A DNA stretch of 64,000 nt, taken from positions 161,272 to 225,271 of the forward strand of contig JBBRPR010000006.1 of NCBI GenBank assembly GCA_038227875.1, in the 5' to 3' direction. Below the pieces are notes generated by a model. That model was not told where the DNA came from. It made no database searches and saw nothing but the letters and a program-made list of their open reading frames with translations. Shown here piece by piece: positions 18,177 through 30,529 of the stretch. The position numbers were made by a program, and so were the translations under genes. Each line of letters starts with the position of its first letter. The stretch's first letter is position 1. The DNA comes from Planctomycetota bacterium (GTDB lineage: Bacteria > Planctomycetota > SZUA-567 > H5-PLA8).

Positions 18177-19784
18177 TCAATAGCTTTGCGACATGATCAC
18201 GCGCCTTGCACTTGGCTTTCCCGTGAGGATGCACACGCCTGCGCCTTCTGCGCCCGGAGGAGCCTGGCCGTCGAGCGGGCAGTTGCGGATTGAGGTCTGG
18301 TACTTCTTCGCCATCGCTTCCTCTTCTTCCGTCGTGCCAGCCCAGTGGACCCACGCGAAACCGCCGCCTTCTTTCTCGAAGAACGCTTCGAATTCCGCGA
18401 TTGTGTTGATCACGCGGGTGCGGCTGGCGCGGAAGGCCAGGGCGCGGTCGTAGAGTTCCTGCTGCATTTCGTCGAGGATCGGCTTGATGCGCGCGAGCGC
18501 TTCGGCACGCGGCAGGAACGACTTCTTCCGGGAACGTGCGGCCTTTTCGTCTTCGCCGGGAATCTCCTTCACGAACCGGCGGGCAATGCAGAGGCTGCCG
18601 TTGTCGAGATCCTTCGGACCGATTTCCATGCGCAGCGGCACGCCCTTCATTTCCCATTCGTAGTACTTCGCGCCGGCGTGGAGTACTTCGCGCCGGTCGA
18701 CGTGGACGCCCAACCCCATTGCCTTGATTTCGGCTTCGACCTTATCGGCCTCGGCGAAGACGCGTGCTTTTTCTTCATCGTTCTTGAAGATCGGCACCAC
18801 CACCACATGCAGGCTGGCGAGCTTCGGCGGAATGATCAGGCCGGTGTCGTCGGAGTGCGTCATGATCAGCGCGCCGATCAAGCGCGTCGAGACACCCCAG
18901 CTCGTGGCATAGACGAGTTCGAGTTTGCCTTCCTTGTTCTGGAAGGTGACGTCGAACGCGCGCGCGAAATTCTGGCCGAGGTAATGGCTGGTTCCGGCCT
19001 GGAGCGCCTTGCCGTCCTGCATCATCGCTTCGATCGAATACGTTTCCAGCGCGCCGGCGAAGCGCTCGGCTTCCGACTTCGCGCCGCAGATCACCGGCAT
19101 CGCCATCACGTTCTCGGCGAAGTCGCGGTAGACGTGGAGCATCTTTTTCGTCTCTTCCAGCGCTTCGGCTTCGCTGGCATGAGCGGTGTGGCCTTCCTGC
19201 CAGAGGAATTCAGCCGTGCGCAGGAACAACCGCGTGCGCATTTCCCAGCGAACGACGTTGGCCCACTGGTTGATCAGCAGGGGCAGATCGCGGTAGCTCT
19301 GGATCCACTCCTTGTAGGTGCTCCAGATGATCGTCTCGCTGGTTGGCCGGACGATCAGCGGCTCTTCGAGCTTGCTGGTCGGATCGATTTCAACGCCGGT
19401 CTTGTCGGCCGTCGCGCGGAGGCGGTGGTGCGTGATCACCGCGCATTCCTTGGCGAAGCCTTCGACATGCTTGGCTTCCTTGCTCAGGAAACTGACCGGA
19501 ATGAAGAGCGGGAAATACGCGTTGACGTGACCGGTGGCTTTGAAGCGGTCGTCGAGCTCGCGCTGCATCCGTTCCCAGATGGCGTAGCCGTTGGGGCGAA
19601 TGACCATGCAGCCGCGCACGGCGCTGTGGTCGGCGAGCTGCGCTTCGCGGACGATGTCCAGGTACCAGCGCGAATAGTCTTCGGCTCGCGGCGTAATCTT
19701 GCTGGCGTCTTTGCCGCCGCCACCACCACCGCCGCCCTTGCCGCCCTGCTGCTGCTGTTGCTTCTTCTGATTGCCGTCAGCCAT
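18177..19784 (-). CDS. proS: Proline--tRNA ligase (archaeal/eukaryote-like type)
   Basis: [66 protein letters not shown] and TSWGVSTR motifs, and a C-terminal SY. Confidence 0.98.
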   Translation of the reverse strand: MADGNQKKQQQQQGGKGGGGGGGGKDASKITPRAEDYSRWYLDIVREAQLADHSAVRGCMVIRPNGYAIWERMQRELDDRFKATGHVNAYFPLFIPVSFLSKEAKHVEGFAKECAVITHHRLRATADKTGVEIDPTSKLEEPLIVRPTSETIIWSTYKEWIQSYRDLPLLINQWANVVRWEMRTRLFLRTAEFLWQEGHTAHASEAEALEETKKMLHVYRDFAENVMAMPVICGAKSEAERFAGALETYSIEAMMQDGKALQAGTSHYLGQNFARAFDVTFQNKEGKLELVYATSWGVSTRLIGALIMTHSDDTGLIIPPKLASLHVVVVPIFKNDEEKARVFAEADKVEAEIKAMGLGVHVDRREVLHAGAKYYEWEMKGVPLRMEIGPKDLDNGSLCIARRFVKEIPGEDEKAARSRKKSFLPRAEALARIKPILDEMQQELYDRALAFRASRTRVINTIAEFEAFFEKEGGGFAWVHWAGTTEEEEAMAKKYQTSIRNCPLDGQAPPGAEGAGVCILTGKPSARRVIMSQSY

Positions 19785-19855
19785 TTCCGATTCCGTCTCC
19801 TTGTCGATTAAAGCCGTTTCCGGATTTTAGAGAGCCTGTCGCATTTGGATAGTTT

Positions 19856-19991
19856 TTTTGTAGTCCGGGCGTCTCGCCCGGAGTTCTCAAACCATCGGAT
19901 CTTTGCTGTCGCGGTAGAGTTCTCGCTGTGACGATCGATATAAAATTGAGTTCGGTTGAGTTCCTCCGGGCGAGACGCCCGGACTACAAAA
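19856..19991. repeat. REPIN-like element: two inverted GTAG-type REPs
   Basis: Perfect 28-bp inverted arms TTTTGTAGTCCGGGCGTCTCGCCCGGAG (19856-19883 and 19964-19991). Each arm is GTAG plus a palindrome. Confidence 0.9.
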
Positions 19992-20111
19992 TACCGCCTC
20001 CGTGCAACGCAACTCAAAACTGTCCGCGTGTTCATCTCATTGTCGCGCGGCTGCGATTCTGGTATTCAATAAACCTCACATCCTGCACTTCCGCAACTCG
20101 GAGAACTCCCC

Positions 20112-21038
20112 ATGACGCCCGTTTTTGTTGCCACCTGGCGCTTCGGTGAAGAAGCCTGCACTGTCGGCCTTAAGTTGCTGACCAGCGGCAGCTCGGCGCT
20201 CGACGCCATCGAAGCGGCGGGAAACGCGGTGGAGCTCAATCCCGCGGTCGATTCCGTCGGGTATGGCTCGCTGCCCAACGCGGACGGCATCGTGGAACTC
20301 GACGCCGCGATCATGGACGGACCGGAGCACCGCGCGGGAGCCGTCGCGGCACTGACGGACATCCGCACGCCGATTTCCGTGGCGCGGCGAATCATGGAAC
20401 GCACGCCGCACGTGATGCTCGCCGGGGACAACGCGCGGCGATTCGCCGTCGCGCAGGGATTCAAAATCGAAGAGCTGCTGACCGATGCCGTTAAAGCGCG
20501 CTTTGAAGCGTGGAAGCAGAAGCCCGTCGCGCCGACCGTCGCGCATTTTGGACCGCCAACGACTCCTCCAAAAGATCCGTCGCACGACACGATCGGATTG
20601 CTGGCACTCGACGCGCAAGGCAATCTCGCCGCGGGATGCACGACGTCGGGACTCGCCTACAAAATTCCCGGCCGCGTCGGCGACTCACCGATCATCGGTT
20701 CGGGACTGTACGTGGACAATGCCGCCGGCGCCGCTTCCGCGACTGGTAACGGTGATGAGATGATGAAAGCGTGCTTGAGTTTCCAAGCCGTCGCTGCCAT
20801 GGCGCGTGGCGTTGACCCGCAGGAAGCCTGCGAGCAGGCGCTGGCGTACCTGCTGCGCAAGCGGCCGAACCATCAAGGCCAGGGCGCGGCGATGATCGCG
20901 TTGCGCAAAGACGGCCGCATTGGATCGGCCGCGACGCGCGCCGGTTTCACGGCTCCGGGTCGCGCCTGGATCTACGCGCGCACCGACGGCGGAAAAGTGA
21001 TCGTCGGCGAAGGCGCGTACGTCGAAACGAAAGCGTGA
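20112..21038 (+). CDS. N(4)-(beta-N-acetylglucosaminyl)-L-asparaginase (Ntn hydrolase)
   Basis: SVGYGSLPN, ELDAAIMDG, HD|TIG autocleavage site, TTSG and GRVGDSPIIGSG motifs. Confidence 0.93.
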   Translation: MTPVFVATWRFGEEACTVGLKLLTSGSSALDAIEAAGNAVELNPAVDSVGYGSLPNADGIVELDAAIMDGPEHRAGAVAALTDIRTPISVARRIMERTPHVMLAGDNARRFAVAQGFKIEELLTDAVKARFEAWKQKPVAPTVAHFGPPTTPPKDPSHDTIGLLALDAQGNLAAGCTTSGLAYKIPGRVGDSPIIGSGLYVDNAAGAASATGNGDEMMKACLSFQAVAAMARGVDPQEACEQALAYLLRKRPNHQGQGAAMIALRKDGRIGSAATRAGFTAPGRAWIYARTDGGKVIVGEGAYVETKA

Positions 21039-21039
21039 A

Positions 21040-23064
21040 TCAGCCGAACAGTTCGACGTTGATCGTGCGCGAATCCGCCGCGCCAGATTTCTCGCCTTTG
21101 CGCAGCAGATTCACGCGGAGTTCTCCGAGTTGCACCGCATAGCCGCCTGCGTGAGCGACCAGCTTCGGAGCGGGAACCGCAATCTCTGCGGCGCGCGCGT
21201 CGGATGGAATCCACACGGTCAGGAACTCCGTGTCGAGTCCCGGCGTTTTCGGCGAGACTTCGACGCGCCATTCGCCCGGCGCGTGCCACTGGGCGCGCGT
21301 GCTTAAGTTCTCGTCGGCGTGCATGTCGACGGGAAAATTCGTGCCGTCGACCCAGCACTCCTTGCCTTTGCCGCCTACTTTCTCGAGCTTGAACGCGGCA
21401 GGCTGGAGCACATGCATGTCGAGCTTCCCGCCGCCGTTGGCCGTGGAAACATGCGCGCCGTCGATGGCCGGTTCGTTGACCGTGTGCAACAGGATGCGCG
21501 GCGTCAGTCCGGCTTTCGCCAGCGTGACCTCATCGAGGACCACCAGCGTGACGGCCTTCGGATGCGGCCAATCGAGCACGAAGACCGTGTGCCGGACGAA
21601 GCGCTTCAGCTTGTCTTTGTTGTAGCAATTCGACGCGTCGCCGCAGACGTAACTGAAGCGCGCGTCTTCGCGGTAGCCGAGGATCGTGCCGTCGCGGAAG
21701 CACTCTTTCGAGACGTCTTCGATACGGCGCGGCGTCCAGTCCGGGATGTTGACCTGCCGCTGCCCGCCGTCGTTGGCGAGCTTCCAGCCGCGCATCAGCA
21801 GAAATTCGTCGGGGTCGTGAACCACGAGCGTGTTGTGCGCGATGGTGCGCGTGTAGTAATTTTTCCAATGCGGCGATTCGTAGCCGTCGTAAGCGCCGCT
21901 GTCGATGGCCAGTTCGCCCTTGTGATAGATCGTGATCTGGTTCTGGTCGCGATGGCAGTGGTTGTGCAGATACACCGGGCTGCATTTGAAGGCCGCGACA
22001 GTCCCCTGCTTAAAATCGCCGCGCGCGATGGCCGTGCCCATCGTCGGGAAGAAATGCGTGCGCGGCAGCGTATCCGGCTCGACGGGCGCGACGCCGTCGC
22101 GATCGTGGAAGATAAACGTGTCAGGCTCGGCGCCGCTCACGTTAAACTTCTCAGTCCACCAGCGCGCAACGCCATTCTTGTAGCGTGCGGCGACGGCGGC
22201 CATGGCGCGATAGGGATAGCCGCTGCCAAAAATGCTGCCGCTGCAGAAGTAGTCGCCGAAGCGGATGAACGTCTCGTCCTGGCGTAGCGCGTACGTGTAC
22301 CATTCGACGATGTGTTCGAACCATGAATTCTGCCGGAACGCATCCTGACCGAGCCCCGCTTCAAGCAGTTGCAGCAGATACGGAATCTCGCCGATGTACG
22401 CCAGAGAATACGCGTAGCTCTGCGAAAACGAGTGGCCGTCCATGAAATGCTTGTAGCAGGCAAACTTGTTTTCCAGCCGGTAGAGGATCGCGTTGATGTA
22501 CTCCGGCGCCAGATGCGTGTGCGTGCCGACGGTCAGCGGGCGAGGCTCGTGCGCGACGCCGCCGCCCATCTCTTCGCCGATCGCAAGGCCGGCCATCAAG
22601 ACGTACGGCACCTGGTTGATGCCATGCCCGGCCAGGAACGTCGCGTAGTGAATTTCTTCGGAATTGAAGAGCGCCTGCGACTGATCGAGCGCGCGCTGGC
22701 CGACTCGAACGCGCAGGTCGTCGGAGAGCGCGCCATGCAGCCAGTCGTAGCAGCAAGCCACCGTCTTCAGGCGGAACGATCCCGCGCCGTAATTGGGATC
22801 AACGCCGAGCTTCAGCGCTTCCTCAAGGCAACGTGTGGCTTGCGCGGAATGATTTTTATCATTCGTGATCTGATACAAAAAGGCGAGCCTAAAGGCGAGG
22901 GTGTTGCACGCCGCCGGATCGGGAAGCCGATCGAGTTCCCGGGCGGACTTGAGCAGTTCCTTCAGCTCGCGCTGATGCGTGGTCTCCGCCCGTTTGCGGA
23001 TGACGCGAAGATCGTCCGTGTTGATCAGCACGCGGGGATGTTGGTCGGCAAGTTTCCAAGGCAT
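21040..23064 (-). CDS. Heparinase II/III-like (polysaccharide lyase-like) protein
   Basis: HPRVL N-terminus, alpha/alpha toroid region, and HCHRDQN..LAIDSG..YYTRTIAHNTL motif. ATG 23064 is the probable start. Confidence 0.8.
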   Translation of the reverse strand: MPWKLADQHPRVLINTDDLRVIRKRAETTHQRELKELLKSARELDRLPDPAACNTLAFRLAFLYQITNDKNHSAQATRCLEEALKLGVDPNYGAGSFRLKTVACCYDWLHGALSDDLRVRVGQRALDQSQALFNSEEIHYATFLAGHGINQVPYVLMAGLAIGEEMGGGVAHEPRPLTVGTHTHLAPEYINAILYRLENKFACYKHFMDGHSFSQSYAYSLAYIGEIPYLLQLLEAGLGQDAFRQNSWFEHIVEWYTYALRQDETFIRFGDYFCSGSIFGSGYPYRAMAAVAARYKNGVARWWTEKFNVSGAEPDTFIFHDRDGVAPVEPDTLPRTHFFPTMGTAIARGDFKQGTVAAFKCSPVYLHNHCHRDQNQITIYHKGELAIDSGAYDGYESPHWKNYYTRTIAHNTLVVHDPDEFLLMRGWKLANDGGQRQVNIPDWTPRRIEDVSKECFRDGTILGYREDARFSYVCGDASNCYNKDKLKRFVRHTVFVLDWPHPKAVTLVVLDEVTLAKAGLTPRILLHTVNEPAIDGAHVSTANGGGKLDMHVLQPAAFKLEKVGGKGKECWVDGTNFPVDMHADENLSTRAQWHAPGEWRVEVSPKTPGLDTEFLTVWIPSDARAAEIAVPAPKLVAHAGGYAVQLGELRVNLLRKGEKSGAADSRTINVELFG

Positions 23065-23231
23065 GGTGGGATCCTCAAGGGCGCCATCAGTTGTATAGAT
23101 GACCTTCATATAATATGGGCGAATTAGACGTCCTAATTGCGCTTTACATCCGCGAACACCAAGGCAACATAAGCCTCGTACTACCTTTGGAGATCGCGCG
23201 GTGTTATGGCGACAATTGCATAGCAGCCCAG

Positions 23232-23331
23232 GCACTAGGGGTGGCCCAGTCAACGAATTGGCGCGAAAGCGCCGGGCCTGAGATTCAAACCCTTTGAACC
23301 TGCTTCAGATAGCACTGGCGAAGGTAAGTGC
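23232..23331 (+). ncRNA. TPP riboswitch
   Basis: GCACTAGGGGTG...CTGAGA...ACCCTTTGAACCTG...GCGAAGGTAAGTGC core with P1 GCACT/AGTGC, located upstream of thiC. Confidence 0.95.
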
Positions 23332-23494
23332 GGGCACCCACGACTCTCCGGCGCGAAGCGCTTTCGGGTGGATCGTGTGTGATCTCCGTATCGGTCTCTT
23401 CTCCTTTATAATTTGTGCTCTTCTGATTCGCTGCGAGCAGTCGCGCCGTAAGACCGTGTCGCAAGCCCGGACCCCATTCAGGACAGGAGAGTGA

Positions 23495-25453
<1,959 letters not shown>

Positions 25454-25535
25454 CGGACGGTTGGGATCGGGGATCAGGCATCGGGCGGTAAGTGGACGCC
25501 CGAGGCTCGGCCCGGTCGAGTCGTCATTGGTCGTC

Positions 25536-26087
25536 CTATTTCCATATTTCAGTAAAGACTAAGCCGCGAAGCGCGGCCACCTTTGCGAACTCTACAAAAT
25601 CCGCTGAAACAATTATTTTTGTCTGTAAGAGTTGCGGCACGATAAAAATCGAGTGTGCTTCAATTCGCTGATCCAAAAAAGTGAACTTCTTAACGGTTAT
25701 TAGTCGACCATCATCGAACCGCGGCCCCACGCAACTGTCTACATCCAAACAATCCACAACACGCGTACAGTTGAAGACGAAATAGGAACCGTCGGAGCAC
25801 TGTACTGGGAGAATTTCACCGTTTGAAGTGAGATGGTTTCCTAGCGCTGTTGTTGCTCGTTCCGAGAAAATGGGAAACCCGATAAAGGACGTTGGATAGT
25901 CAAGCGAGTGCTTGCTCTTCTTGGTGCCACGCGCGTTTTTAACGACGCGCTTGATCTCTAGTCCATTCCACCCTTCCGCAATCGGCTTTCCATTGAGCAA
26001 TTCCAATACCCACGAAGCATCCTCCTCTTTTGCAAATACGATGCTTGTCGAGTTTGAGTGGTCTGGCTCAAGCAGGAATAGTTTCAT
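25536..26087 (-). CDS. Imm11/DUF1629-like immunity protein (orphan)
   Basis: PIFSERA...GEILPV...YFVFN..RVVDCLD...IF.VP...IIVS..F.E......L.GL.F..IW pattern; DNA is visibly AT-richer than its neighbours. Confidence 0.75.
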   Translation of the reverse strand: MKLFLLEPDHSNSTSIVFAKEEDASWVLELLNGKPIAEGWNGLEIKRVVKNARGTKKSKHSLDYPTSFIGFPIFSERATTALGNHLTSNGEILPVQCSDGSYFVFNCTRVVDCLDVDSCVGPRFDDGRLITVKKFTFLDQRIEAHSIFIVPQLLQTKIIVSADFVEFAKVAALRGLVFTEIWK

Positions 26088-26113
26088 GATGAGCAGGCCT
26101 TGCTTTCAAACGT

Positions 26114-26929
26114 TCAAGTCGCCGCCTCAAATAGCAGCACACTCGCCGCTACCGCCGCATTCAAACTCTCCGCATTCCCCTTGAGCGGAATCGTCACACG
26201 TTCCGTACAGGTTTTCTCCACGTCTTCAGGAAGCCCATCTCCTTCGCTGCCAATGCACAGCGCCAGTGGGCGCGTTTTGAAATCAAACTTCTTGTACGGC
26301 GTACCATCGCGCGCGACTGTCGCCACAAGGCGGATTTTGCGGATGTCGGCCTGGTTGAGAAGTTCGTCGGTCTTCAGGCGCAGAATCGGCAGCGAGAGCA
26401 GCCCCGACGCCGTGGCGCGGACGACTTTCTGATTGAACGCGTCGACCGTGCCTTCCAGCGAAACTAGCGCCGTCGCGCCGGCCGCTTCGCAGGAGCGGAT
26501 CAGCGCGCCGATGTTTCCTGGGTCCTGCAAGCCGCAGGCGACAACGATCAGCGCGTCCTTCGCCGCAAAAACGTCAGCGGCTTTCCATTCCGGAATGCGC
26601 ACAATCGCGGCGATGCCCTGCGGCGTAACGACGTCGGTGATCTTCTTGAAGACGTCTTTGCTCACGCGGACCAGCGGGATGTTCTTCGCCTGCGCCTGCT
26701 CGACCAGGCTCAAATCGCTGCCCAGAATATGATCGGAGAAAATGATTTCGTGCACGACGATGTGCGGCAGCGCCAGCGCGGCTTCCACCGAACGCGTGCC
26801 TTCCAGCATGAACCGCTTGCGTTCGCGGCGGACGTTGCCGTCGGTGCGGAGGTCGACGTAGTCCTTCACGCGTTGATTCTGAGCGGACGAGAGCATGGTG
26901 AGTTCGGTGAGCGGCTGGGATTGGGCCAT
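26114..26929 (-). CDS. TrmH/SpoU-family RNA methyltransferase
   Basis: QDPGNIGALIRS, GSEGDGL and ESLNAAVAASVLLFE motifs. Confidence 0.95.
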   Translation of the reverse strand: MAQSQPLTELTMLSSAQNQRVKDYVDLRTDGNVRRERKRFMLEGTRSVEAALALPHIVVHEIIFSDHILGSDLSLVEQAQAKNIPLVRVSKDVFKKITDVVTPQGIAAIVRIPEWKAADVFAAKDALIVVACGLQDPGNIGALIRSCEAAGATALVSLEGTVDAFNQKVVRATASGLLSLPILRLKTDELLNQADIRKIRLVATVARDGTPYKKFDFKTRPLALCIGSEGDGLPEDVEKTCTERVTIPLKGNAESLNAAVAASVLLFEAAT

Positions 26930-27161
26930 GGGTGGCGGTGCTGCTTTCTTAGAAAAGAGGTTGGCGGTTGAATCGTGCTCTATAAGGTAGCGCAAATGCG
27001 CAAGTGCGCCACGCACTGGCGCACTATTTCGCAGGTCAGAGTCCGGAATATTCCGCCGAGGTAGCCTGTTGAGCATAATGCCAACGGTCGCCGCGCGGCT
27101 ATTAAACCGCGCCGGCGTTTTCGGAGGGGTCGGGCCAGATCAGGAGAGTTCAGGAGAAATC

Positions 27162-29549
27162 ATGAAACAGCTCGCTCTGTTGTGCGTGCTTGCGCTATTA
27201 AGCGCCGCCGCGTGGGCAGAAACAATCAATGTGGACGCCGGAGCCAACCGCCGGCCGATCGATCCCCGCATCTACGGCGTCAACAACGCCGCGCAGTCGC
27301 AAGTCAGTGATTTAAATGTCACAATCAACCGCCAGGGCGGCAACAACACCAGCCGTTACAACTGGCTGCTCAACGCCGACAACCGCGCCAAGGATTACTT
27401 TTTCGAAAGCATCGGTTATCCCAGCACCGTGGCCGGCGAACACGGCGACACACACATTTCCGGAACAAAGGCCGCCGGCGCGGAACCGATGGTCACGATC
27501 CCGATGCTCGACTGGGTCGCCAAGCTGACTCCCGCGCGCGATATTCTGCCGAGCTTCTCCGTCGCCAAGTACGGCGCGCAGCAGTACACCGATCCGTTCA
27601 ACGCGGACTACGGCAACGGCGTGAAACCCAATGGCTCGTTCATTGCCGGCAACGATCCCAACGACGCGAACGTGGCGTCTGACGTGAATTTTCAAGCCAA
27701 TTGGATCAACCACATCATCGGAAAATTCAACCCCGCGGCCAACGGCGGCCTGCGCTACTACATGCTCGACAATGAACCGGGCCTCTGGCACTCCGACCAC
27801 CGCGATGTCCATCCCATCGGCGCGACGATGGTGGAAGTGCGCGACCGCATGATCAACTTCGCCACGAAGATCAAAGCACTCGACGCCAACGCGACGGTGA
27901 TCGGTCCGGAAGAGTGGAATTACGAAGGCTACTTCTTCAGCGGATACGACGAACAGTACCGCGCTGCCAACGGCTTCAACAACGCGCCGGACAAGATGTC
28001 GCACGGCAACATGGATTGGCTGCCGTGGCTGCTCGATCAGCTTCATCAGAAGGACATGATGAGCGGCCAGCGGCTGCTGGACATCTTCAGCGTGCATTAC
28101 TATCCACAGGACCGCGGCGACAACGGCGTGCTCTTCAGCGACGATGTCACGCCCGCAGTCCAGGCGCGCCGCAACCGCGCCACGCGTTCGCTCTGGGATC
28201 CCACTTACCTCGACGAATCGTACCTCGGCGACAATGGCGAAAAGATCAATCTGATTCCGCGGCTGAAGGGCTGGGTCAACCAGTACTATCCCGGCACGCT
28301 GGTCGCCGTGAACGAGTACAGCTTCGGCGCGGAGGGCGACATCAACGGCGCCACCGCGCAGGCCGATGCCATGGGCATCTTTGGTCGCGAAGGCCTCGAC
28401 ATGGCCTGCCGCTGGGAAGTACCCGGCACCGGCACGCCGGCCTACAACGCAATCAAAATGTACCGCAACTACGACGGCGCGAAGTCCACGTTCGGCGAGA
28501 TCAGCATCAAAGCCGACGTGACGCAGCCCGACAACCTCGCCGCATTTGCCGCGGTACGTACCAGCACCGGCGAGCTGACGGTAATGGTGATCAATAAGAT
28601 CGCCGCGGATACCCCGGTCGCAATCAATCTGGCCAATTTCACGCCCGGCATCTCGGCGCAGGCCTGGCAATTGACGGCTGCGAACACGATTTCCCGATTG
28701 GCCGACGTCAACATGGCCGGCACGACGCTGAGCACCACGGTGCCCATGCAGAGCATCACGCTCTTCATCATTCCGACGTCGTCGGGAACGCCGGGAAACA
28801 ATCCGCCGGTGATTCAGTCGACCGCAACCGCGCAGCCCAACCCCGCGATCACCGGTCAGTCGATCAGCTTCAACGTGGCCGCCACCGACGCGGACGGCGA
28901 TGCGCTGACTTACGCTTGGAATTTCGGCGACGGCACTCACGCTGCGACGGCGCAGGCCACTCACAGTTACAGCGCCGCCGGCAATTACGCAGCGACCGTG
29001 ACGGTGATGGATACGCACAGCGGCGTGGTCATCAGTTCCGTGAATGTCACGGTCACTGCGATGGGATCGGGGGGAAACGGCGGCGGCACGTCCGACCCCA
29101 CTATCCTCCAGGTGAACAAGCTGAACATTGGGCTCGCGTTCACATCTCAGAGCAAGGATACGCTGCAACTTTCCGCGTCGCTGCCGAGCCTGCCGGCGGG
29201 ATTCACGGCCACTGGAAAAATGTTGATCTTGAATCTTAACGGAATGCCGTTCCCCTACGTTCTCGACGCGAAGGGAAAAGGAAGCGCCAACGGCGGTTCG
29301 GCCATGCTGCAGTTGAAAGGCAAACGCGATCCGAAAACGAAACTGACGCTCTTCCCCGGCGGGAGCGCGCCGCTGAGCATCCGGCTGAAAGGCGCGAACC
29401 TGGCGGACACGCTGGATGTCGACGCCACAACGGAAAGCGGCCCAATCACCGAGCATCTCGAGATCATCCTCGATGGCGTGACGTACGCGGCGGACGTTCA
29501 GGCTGGCTACATCGCCAAGAGCGGCAAGAGCGGAAAGCTAACCAAATGA
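27162..29549 (+). CDS. Secreted glycoside hydrolase family 44 (endoglucanase/xyloglucanase) with PKD domain and conserved C-terminal domain
   Basis: Signal peptide, RQGGNNTSRYNW, LDNEPGLWH, VHYYPQ, NEY and PKD (YAWNFGDG) motifs; AGGAG SD. Confidence 0.92.
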   Translation: MKQLALLCVLALLSAAAWAETINVDAGANRRPIDPRIYGVNNAAQSQVSDLNVTINRQGGNNTSRYNWLLNADNRAKDYFFESIGYPSTVAGEHGDTHISGTKAAGAEPMVTIPMLDWVAKLTPARDILPSFSVAKYGAQQYTDPFNADYGNGVKPNGSFIAGNDPNDANVASDVNFQANWINHIIGKFNPAANGGLRYYMLDNEPGLWHSDHRDVHPIGATMVEVRDRMINFATKIKALDANATVIGPEEWNYEGYFFSGYDEQYRAANGFNNAPDKMSHGNMDWLPWLLDQLHQKDMMSGQRLLDIFSVHYYPQDRGDNGVLFSDDVTPAVQARRNRATRSLWDPTYLDESYLGDNGEKINLIPRLKGWVNQYYPGTLVAVNEYSFGAEGDINGATAQADAMGIFGREGLDMACRWEVPGTGTPAYNAIKMYRNYDGAKSTFGEISIKADVTQPDNLAAFAAVRTSTGELTVMVINKIAADTPVAINLANFTPGISAQAWQLTAANTISRLADVNMAGTTLSTTVPMQSITLFIIPTSSGTPGNNPPVIQSTATAQPNPAITGQSISFNVAATDADGDALTYAWNFGDGTHAATAQATHSYSAAGNYAATVTVMDTHSGVVISSVNVTVTAMGSGGNGGGTSDPTILQVNKLNIGLAFTSQSKDTLQLSASLPSLPAGFTATGKMLILNLNGMPFPYVLDAKGKGSANGGSAMLQLKGKRDPKTKLTLFPGGSAPLSIRLKGANLADTLDVDATTESGPITEHLEIILDGVTYAADVQAGYIAKSGKSGKLTK

Positions 29550-29608
29550 GCGGAATCGCTGCGCGGCTGCGCCGTTAGGCGCCGCCGCGACGCGCCAAGC
29601 CGCTTAAG

Positions 29609-29638
29609 AACCGCCGCGACTGCGGCGGTTTTCATTTT
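29609..29638 (+). terminator. Intrinsic terminator after GH44
   Basis: AACCGCCGC-GACT-GCGGCGGTT followed by TTCATTTT. Confidence 0.75.
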
Positions 29639-29660
29639 ACGATTTTTCAAAACTTAAGAA

Positions 29661-29707
29661 TTGACAGCTTCATGAGCTGGCGGTATGAACACCGGTGGCT
29701 TAGCCAC
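29661..29707 (+). promoter_or_regulatory. Sigma70-type promoter with downstream palindromic operator
   Basis: TTGACA-N17-TATGAA, then GTGGCTTAGCCAC (29695-29707) just before the GntR gene. Confidence 0.65.
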
Positions 29708-29710
29708 AGG

Positions 29711-30529
29711 ATGACCATGAACCAGCAGCTCGTCAAAGACCCGATCTACTTCCAGCTCAACGGGCTGCTCCGCGACCTCATCCGCACGGGGCAGTTCCGC
29801 AAGGGCGACCAGTTTCTGACCGAACGCGAAATCGCGACGCGCTTTGGCATCAGCCGCGCCACCGCCAACAAGGCGCTCTCGTCGCTCGTCGCCGAGGGCA
29901 TCGTCAGCTTCAAAAAAGGCGTCGGCACATTTGTCCAGAGCGACCTGCTAGACTACGACCTGCGCACGCTCCAGAGCTTCACCGAGAAGGCCCGTGCGGC
30001 CGGACGCGTGCCCAGCACCCGGGTGCTGGCTTTTTCGACCGCCATCGCCGGCAATATGCCTGCTGAAATCGTCGAAGCGCTGAAGCTGCTCTCCAACGAG
30101 CAGGCGTACTATCTCGAACGCCTGCGCCTGGCGGACAAAGCCCCGGTGATCCTCGAGCGGCGCTACATCGCGGCGCGCCATTGCCCGAACCTATCGCGTG
30201 CGGCGATTGAAGGCTCGCTCTACGAAGTACTGACGGAGCAATTCCATCTCGACATCACGGGCGCCGACGAGACCATCCGCGCGGTGCTGATCACCGGCGC
30301 GCACGCCGATGCGCTGAAAGTGCCGCAGAATTCCGCGGGCCTGCTCGTCGAAGCGGTCGGGTTCGCCAATGGTTCCGATCCGGTCTGGCACGAACAGACG
30401 TTGTACCGCGGCGACGCTTACGAATTCCGCAATCACCTCGGACCGATCCGCACCGGCCGCCCCGCGTCTGGAGCATTGATTTCGATGAAGAGCACGACCA
30501 AAAATAAGTCCACGAAGGAGAAACTATGA
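29711..30529 (+). CDS. GntR-family regulator (HutC/UTRA type)
   Basis: PIYFQL...[20 protein letters not shown]...GVGTFV wHTH followed by a UTRA domain. Confidence 0.93.
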   Translation: MTMNQQLVKDPIYFQLNGLLRDLIRTGQFRKGDQFLTEREIATRFGISRATANKALSSLVAEGIVSFKKGVGTFVQSDLLDYDLRTLQSFTEKARAAGRVPSTRVLAFSTAIAGNMPAEIVEALKLLSNEQAYYLERLRLADKAPVILERRYIAARHCPNLSRAAIEGSLYEVLTEQFHLDITGADETIRAVLITGAHADALKVPQNSAGLLVEAVGFANGSDPVWHEQTLYRGDAYEFRNHLGPIRTGRPASGALISMKSTTKNKSTKEKL

